A stretch of DNA of 38,508 nucleotides, taken from NCBI GenBank assembly GCA_964459185.1, contig CAYWKX010000001.1, positions 1 through 38,508 of the forward strand, written 5' to 3'. Position 1 is the first letter of the stretch. Each line of letters starts with the position of its first letter. The notes below the pieces were generated by a model. That model was not told the DNA's origin, ran no database searches, and saw only the letters and a program-made list of their open reading frames with translations. Below, piece by piece: positions 34,215-38,508 of this stretch. The position numbers were made by a program, and so were the translations under genes. This DNA comes from an uncultured Muribaculaceae bacterium (lineage in GTDB: Bacteria; Bacillota_I; Bacilli_A; RF39; UBA660).

Positions 34215-36392
34215 TTAATCTTCATTATCATCTTCTAATTTAACTAATACATCTCTAGGTTTAGATCCATTTTGAGGCCCTACAATGCCTCTTTCCTCAA
34301 GTAAATCAATAATTCTTGCCGCTCTATTGTATCCCAATCGATATTTTCTTTGAATCAAAGATGCACTAATCTTCCCAGTATGAACCGCAAAATCTACTAC
34401 TTCATCATATAATGGATCCTCATATTCTTCATCATTTGAAAAATCATTATTAAAATTTTCTCTCCCTTTACTATCTTGAGTTAAGCTAGGATCATATTTA
34501 ACCTTTTGTTGATTAGAAACATATTTAACAATACCCTCTAATTCCTCATCAGAAATATAAGCCCCTTGAATTCTTAAAGGTATATTTTCTCCCATTGGTA
34601 AAAATAGCATATCACCTTTACCAAGTAATTTCTCTGCTCCAGACATATCTAATATAGTCCTTGAGTCAACATTACTGCTAACCGCAAAAGATAGACGTGA
34701 AGGAATATTTGCTTTAACTACCCCTGTTATAACATCAGTTGATGGTCTTTGAGTCGAAACAATTAAATGAATTCCCGCTGCTCTAGCCATCGATGCTATT
34801 CTCATAATAGAGTCTTCAACCTCCTTAGCAGCAACAACCATTAAATCAGCTAATTCATCAATAATTACAACAATATAAGGCATTTTTTGCAATGATGTTT
34901 GACGATCACACAATTCATTATAAGCAACAATGTTTTTACATTTATGTTGTTCAAAAGCAGCATATCTCTTTTCCATGATATTAACAATATTTTTTAAAGC
35001 AATTGAAGCTTTTTTAGGATCTGTTACAACACTATCAAGTAAATGTGGAACACCATTATACATAGTTAATTCTACTTTTTTGGGATCAATCATTACTAGT
35101 TTTACTTCATCTGGTCTTGTTCTCATTAATAAAGAGGCCACGATACAATTAACACAAACAGATTTTCCTGATCCAGTAGCTCCCGCTATTAATAAATGAG
35201 GAGTAGCATTGATTTCAGCCCATTTTACTCTACCCATTATATCTTTACCTAAACCTACTGCCAACAAAGTTTTACCATTAATCGGAGGTAAACAAGAAAG
35301 TACTTCCTTAAATGATACTGATGTATTATTCTTATTAGGTATTTCTATTCCAATTGTATTTTTTCCCGGTATTGGGGCTTGAATTCTTACTTCTTTAGCT
35401 GCCAAAGCTAAAGCAATCTCTCTTTGAATACTAAGTAATTTACTTACCTTTGTTCCTTGTTTAATTTCTAATTCATATTGAGTAACTGAAGGTCCAATAT
35501 GACATTCAATAATCCTTCCTGTAATCTCAAAATCAGTTAAAACCTTCTCTAATATCTCAATATTAGCTTTAACAGCATCAACATTTTCTTTATTATCTTT
35601 ATTTTTTACAGATTTCAATAATGTTAATGGTGGTAACTTATAATTAGCATTAACATAATTTTCATCATTAATATCATAATTATCCTTAATTGGTACATCA
35701 CAATTATCTACCTCAGGTTCAGGATTCTTAATATGAGTTAATTCATCCATCGAAGAAATAATAATTCTTTTATCCTCTTCCACTTCTTGTTCTTCTTTTT
35801 TTCTAATAAACTTTGGTAATTTAAACTTAATATTTAATCTCTTAATTAATTCCGCAATACTTACATTAAATAATAATAAGATACCTAGTACTATTAAAGT
35901 ACCCACTACTATAAAGATACCATCTCCAAATAAAAAACCAAAAAACCAAGATAAAACTGCCCCAATCATCCCTCCACCACAATTTTCTATAACTGAAGTA
36001 GTCGGAGAATTAAAACCTAAAATTACATTATCCCAAGTTTCTTTGATTATATTAAAGTCGGAAAAATTATTTACTTTTATCTCTGATATATACGTATTAT
36101 GAAATAAAATTAAAAAAGAAGCCGCAATAATATAAAAACCAATCGCTTTTATTGAAAAGAAATTAGGATTATCTCTTTTAATAATTAAATAACAACCAAT
36201 AATTAAAAGAATAGCTAATAAGAAAAGAAAACCATTTCCCACTAAAAAGACAGAAAAACTCTTAACAAAATCTCCCGCTCTACCAAACCCACAAATACCA
36301 ACTATTGCTATTAAAATAAAAAATATACCAATAATTTCATTACTATACTGAAACTTTTTTTCCTTTTCTTTTTTTTCCTTTTTTTTGGCCAT
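34215..36392 (-). CDS. ftsK: DNA translocase FtsK/SpoIIIE
   Basis: Four N-terminal TM helices, Walker A AGATGSGKS, Walker B VVIIDELADLM, and a gamma winged-helix domain (ISASLIQRKYRLGYNRAARIIDLLEERGIVG). Confidence 0.93.
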   Translation of the reverse strand: MAKKKEKKEKEKKFQYSNEIIGIFFILIAIVGICGFGRAGDFVKSFSVFLVGNGFLFLLAILLIIGCYLIIKRDNPNFFSIKAIGFYIIAASFLILFHNTYISEIKVNNFSDFNIIKETWDNVILGFNSPTTSVIENCGGGMIGAVLSWFFGFLFGDGIFIVVGTLIVLGILLLFNVSIAELIKRLNIKFKLPKFIRKKEEQEVEEDKRIIISSMDELTHIKNPEPEVDNCDVPIKDNYDINDENYVNANYKLPPLTLLKSVKNKDNKENVDAVKANIEILEKVLTDFEITGRIIECHIGPSVTQYELEIKQGTKVSKLLSIQREIALALAAKEVRIQAPIPGKNTIGIEIPNKNNTSVSFKEVLSCLPPINGKTLLAVGLGKDIMGRVKWAEINATPHLLIAGATGSGKSVCVNCIVASLLMRTRPDEVKLVMIDPKKVELTMYNGVPHLLDSVVTDPKKASIALKNIVNIMEKRYAAFEQHKCKNIVAYNELCDRQTSLQKMPYIVVIIDELADLMVVAAKEVEDSIMRIASMARAAGIHLIVSTQRPSTDVITGVVKANIPSRLSFAVSSNVDSRTILDMSGAEKLLGKGDMLFLPMGENIPLRIQGAYISDEELEGIVKYVSNQQKVKYDPSLTQDSKGRENFNNDFSNDEEYEDPLYDEVVDFAVHTGKISASLIQRKYRLGYNRAARIIDLLEERGIVGPQNGSKPRDVLVKLEDDNED

Positions 36393-36432
36393 TTATATCA
36401 CTCTTCTCTATATTTAGATTATATCATTTATG

Positions 36433-36467
36433 AAAAAAAAAGTAAATAATACTTTGATTATTTCTTA
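36433..36467 (-). terminator. probable terminator of the infC-rpmI-rplT operon
   Basis: On the minus strand, AAATAAT and ATTATTT form an AT-only hairpin followed by a T9 run. Confidence 0.45.
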
Positions 36468-36489
36468 TATTAAAAAAAGAAACATTCTA

Positions 36490-36996
36490 TTATGAATTTT
36501 CCTTTTCTTCTTTTTTAACTGTCTTTTTTTTAGGAGTTTCTTTCTTAATTACAGTTTTTTTAACTGTCGTTGTCTTTTCTTCTTTAACAGTTTCCTTTTT
36601 AGGTTCTTTTTTCTCTGATGTTTTAGGAGTATATCTTTTACCATCCAAACTATCTTTAGCAATTATAACTAAATCAGAAAATGCTCCACTATTATCGATA
36701 GCTAATTCACTTAGCATTTTACGATTAACAACAATCCCAGCTTTAGTTAAACCATTAATAAATTTTGAATAACTAATCCCATTTTCACGGCATCCAGCAT
36801 TTATTCTTGTAATCCATAGCTTTCTGAAATTTCTTTTATTTTGTCTACGATCACGGAAAGCATATTGTCCAGAATGCATTAATTGTTCTTGAGCTGTCTT
36901 GAATAATCTATGTTTACTCCCAAAATAACCTTTTGCCTCTTTTAATACTTTTTTTCTTCTAGCACGTGCAACAGTGCCACCTTTTACTCTTGTCAT
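36490..36996 (-). CDS. rplT: 50S ribosomal protein L20 with a Lys/Glu/Thr-rich C-terminal extension of about 48 aa
   Basis: [29 protein letters not shown]...[10 protein letters not shown] is a canonical L20 sequence through about residue 120. It is followed by the tail [48 protein letters not shown]. Confidence 0.93.
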   Translation of the reverse strand: MTRVKGGTVARARRKKVLKEAKGYFGSKHRLFKTAQEQLMHSGQYAFRDRRQNKRNFRKLWITRINAGCRENGISYSKFINGLTKAGIVVNRKMLSELAIDNSGAFSDLVIIAKDSLDGKRYTPKTSEKKEPKKETVKEEKTTTVKKTVIKKETPKKKTVKKEEKENS

Positions 36997-37009
36997 TACT
37001 TACCTCCCT

Positions 37010-37213
37010 CTAAATTAAATCTTTGATTCTCTTGTAATCAGCTTTCTTTAACTCTTGTCCTTTTTTCTTACTTCTAGCTCTTTTTGAACTATTTTTCCCT
37101 GTATTATGTAATACTCCTTGATTAGCAATAGAAATTGATCCACTATTTCTAATATTCAAAACTTTTTTTAGACCTTTATGAGTCTTCTTTTTTACTTTCT
37201 TTACTTTGGTCAT
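37010..37213 (-). CDS. rpmI: 50S ribosomal protein L35
   Basis: A 67-aa highly basic product (KTHKGLKKV...DYKRIKDLI) located between infC and rplT. Confidence 0.9.
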   Translation of the reverse strand: MTKVKKVKKKTHKGLKKVLNIRNSGSISIANQGVLHNTGKNSSKRARSKKKGQELKKADYKRIKDLI

Positions 37214-37226
37214 TATTTCCCTCCTC

Positions 37227-37748
37227 TTATTTTTTAGGTGTTAATTGCAAAAATATGCTATGGTTTTCCATCTTTGGTTCTAATTCTACTTCTGATATAT
37301 CACTTAAAGCATCTTTAAAGCGTAATAAAACATCTCTAGCTAATTCAGGATGAGCAATCTGTCTTCCCTTAAAACGAATACTAGCTTTAACTTTATCACC
37401 TTTCTCAAGGCTTTTTCTAGCATTTTTAAGTCTGGTTTCAAAATCACCTTTATCGATTGTTATAGATAAGCGATATTCTTTAATATCAACATTTGTCTCT
37501 CGTTGTTTTTTCTGCATTTCTTTAGCTTTTTTCTTTTTTTCATAACGAAATCGATTATAATCCATAATTTTACAAACTGGTGGATTAGAACTCTCACTCA
37601 TTAAAACTAAATCAAAACCAGCATAATTTGCTAAAGTCAAAGCATCTTCTTTTGATTTAATTCCTAATTGCTCTCCATTAGGACCAACCACTAACATTTC
37701 CCTACATCTAATTTCATTATTTATAGGATTGTCATTTCCTTTTGCGAT
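37227..37748 (-). CDS. infC: translation initiation factor IF-3, probably initiating at a non-canonical ATC codon
   Basis: INNEIRCREMLVVGPNGEQLGI and C-terminal IF3 domains are present. A GGAGG Shine-Dalgarno sequence (37761-37757) lies 8 nt before the in-frame ATC at 37748-37746. The TTG at 37763 listed in the ORF track has no Shine-Dalgarno sequence, and the in-frame GTG overlaps it. Confidence 0.85.
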   Translation of the reverse strand: MAKGNDNPINNEIRCREMLVVGPNGEQLGIKSKEDALTLANYAGFDLVLMSESSNPPVCKIMDYNRFRYEKKKKAKEMQKKQRETNVDIKEYRLSITIDKGDFETRLKNARKSLEKGDKVKASIRFKGRQIAHPELARDVLLRFKDALSDISEVELEPKMENHSIFLQLTPKK

Positions 37749-37763
37749 ATGTAACACCTCCAA

Positions 37764-37880
37764 AAAATAAATAAATGAATACCAAAGCAGTATTCATCAA
37801 AAAACCATATTTAATTATATTGGCTTTTTACCTATTACTAGAGTAATCAGGTGAGATAAATATCTACTTTCCGTCTTCTG
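37764..37880 (-). promoter_or_regulatory. infC leader with an attenuator hairpin (L20-leader-like)
   Basis: The leader is about 115 nt. ATGAATAC (37797-37790) pairs with GTATTCAT (37782-37775), followed by a T-rich run directly before the Shine-Dalgarno sequence. An upstream imperfect alternative hairpin reads AAAAAGCCAATAT...ATATGGTTTTTT. In Bacillus, the infC-rpmI-rplT operon is controlled by L20-dependent attenuation. Confidence 0.5.
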
Positions 37881-37886
37881 CACTAA

Positions 37887-37915
37887 ATTATATAATAATT
37901 TTATGCAAAAGTCAA
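37887..37915 (-). promoter_or_regulatory. sigma-A promoter (TTGACT, 17 nt, TATAAT) of the infC operon
   Basis: On the minus strand, TTGACT lies at 37915-37910, followed by a 17-nt spacer and TATAAT at 37892-37887. Confidence 0.65.
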
Positions 37916-37943
37916 CAATTAATTAACATTATTTATATATAAC

Positions 37944-37978
37944 ATAAAAAAAGTCATATCACTTAGAATCTGACTTTT
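37944..37978 (-). terminator. intrinsic terminator downstream of the FGE-like gene
   Basis: On the minus strand, AAAAGTCA, a 15-nt loop and TGACTTTT are followed by a T-run. Confidence 0.6.
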
Positions 37979-38026
37979 ACCTTAACATGATCAATATGTA
38001 TATTATACACCACTAATTAATTTCTA

Positions 38027-38508
38027 CTACGTAAGAACAGACCGCCACGAACCATGCGTGCTACCCATACCCACAGTGTTATTTGAAAAAAATATACCCG
38101 CAGTGGCTCCAGCAGCGTAGTAACCACCACGATGAAATCAAGGTGAAGCAGAATTAATAGAGTAAGGGTAATCCCCAAACCACCACTTAGTCTCCGCCGT
38201 TGCATCTCCAAGCTTAGGAGTAGATGAGGTATATATATCATAATATTTATTTTCGGGAAAGTTTATACCTTCAGTATATACTCCGCTATCTTCACTTGTT
38301 ATTCCATTAAATCCTGAATTATTAGATAATGTTCGGCCACTATAGTTATTATAATTACCCATAACATACTCCCATGCTCCCCCACTCATATCATATACTC
38401 CATAGACATTGCCTGTGATAGAGGCACATGTTCCTAATCCTGTTGTTTTATTGGTATCTATTGTTCCATCGTATAAGATATTATAATCATTATATGTATA
38501 ATATCCAT
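38027..38508 (-). pseudogene. SUMF1/formylglycine-generating-enzyme-like domain protein, C-terminal part, interrupted by an in-frame TGA (5' end outside the window)
   Basis: The frame is open to the window edge: ...GNVYGVYDMSGGAWEYVMGNY, an FGE-type YDMSGNVWEW-like motif. It stops at TGA 38140-38138. The same frame then continues FHRGGYYAAGATAGIFFSNNTVGMGSTHGSWRSVLT to TAG 38029-38027, supplying the expected RGG...R.VL end of the domain. Confidence 0.55.

Noticed and set aside
38138-38140. The in-frame TGA in the FGE-like gene might indicate genetic code 4 (TGA = Trp), as in Mollicutes.
   Set aside because: TGA ends four well-conserved genes at their expected C-termini. These are xerD (15289-15287, after YHPRD), the ClpX-like gene (19227-19225, overlapping the ttcA ATG), the beta-helix gene (22121-22119) and dtd (24230-24228). 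Reading through the xerD TGA would fuse it in frame to the phosphohexomutase. All large conserved ORFs are intact under the standard code, and Trp is encoded by TGG.
38017-38241. 74-aa ORF overlapping the end of the FGE-like gene in another frame.
   Set aside because: It has no start-site signals. The conserved FGE-type C-terminus (FHRGG...SWRSVLT) is encoded in the main gene frame after the TGA, not in this frame.

Overview
Very AT-rich core-chromosome segment, roughly a quarter to a third G+C by eye, from a spore-forming Firmicute. Gene order strongly recalls the Bacillus subtilis yqf, yrv and ymf regions. The + strand carries pheS-pheT, yqfC-yqfD, nusB-xseA-xseB, a ZIP zinc transporter, spoIIM, mnmA, an orphan HTH gene, rarA and spoVB. 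The - strand carries a SpoIID-like protein, spoIVB, a phosphohexomutase, xerD and tcdA(yrvM). It also carries a long co-directional run: comN-like, secDF, relA, dtd, an AI-2E transporter, a beta-helix membrane protein, archaeal-type aspS, a ClpX-like ATPase and a TtcA-like enzyme. Further - strand genes are two M16 peptidases, deoD, ftsK/spoIIIE, infC-rpmI-rplT, and a SUMF1/FGE-like gene running off the 3' edge. I see no CRISPR array, transposase, prophage or obvious defence island, so this is mostly housekeeping and sporulation DNA. TGA is a genuine stop here: xerD, the ClpX-like gene, the beta-helix gene and dtd all end in TGA. The points most worth a second look are listed here.
- A zinc-finger-less ClpX paralog with an unrecognisable N-domain is translationally coupled to a TtcA-type enzyme.
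- A promoter-to-U-tract unit of about 180 nt lies just upstream of tcdA and may be a 6S RNA, matching the B. subtilis aspS-bsrA-yrvM arrangement.
- Two genes are split by a single in-frame stop.
- A 35-aa poly-Lys membrane ORF, absent from the ORF track, sits under a consensus promoter.
- infC probably starts at AUC behind an L20-leader-like attenuator.
- Ribosomal protein L20 carries a Lys/Glu-rich tail of about 48 aa.
All functional calls rest on motif recognition in the supplied translations. No database search was possible.
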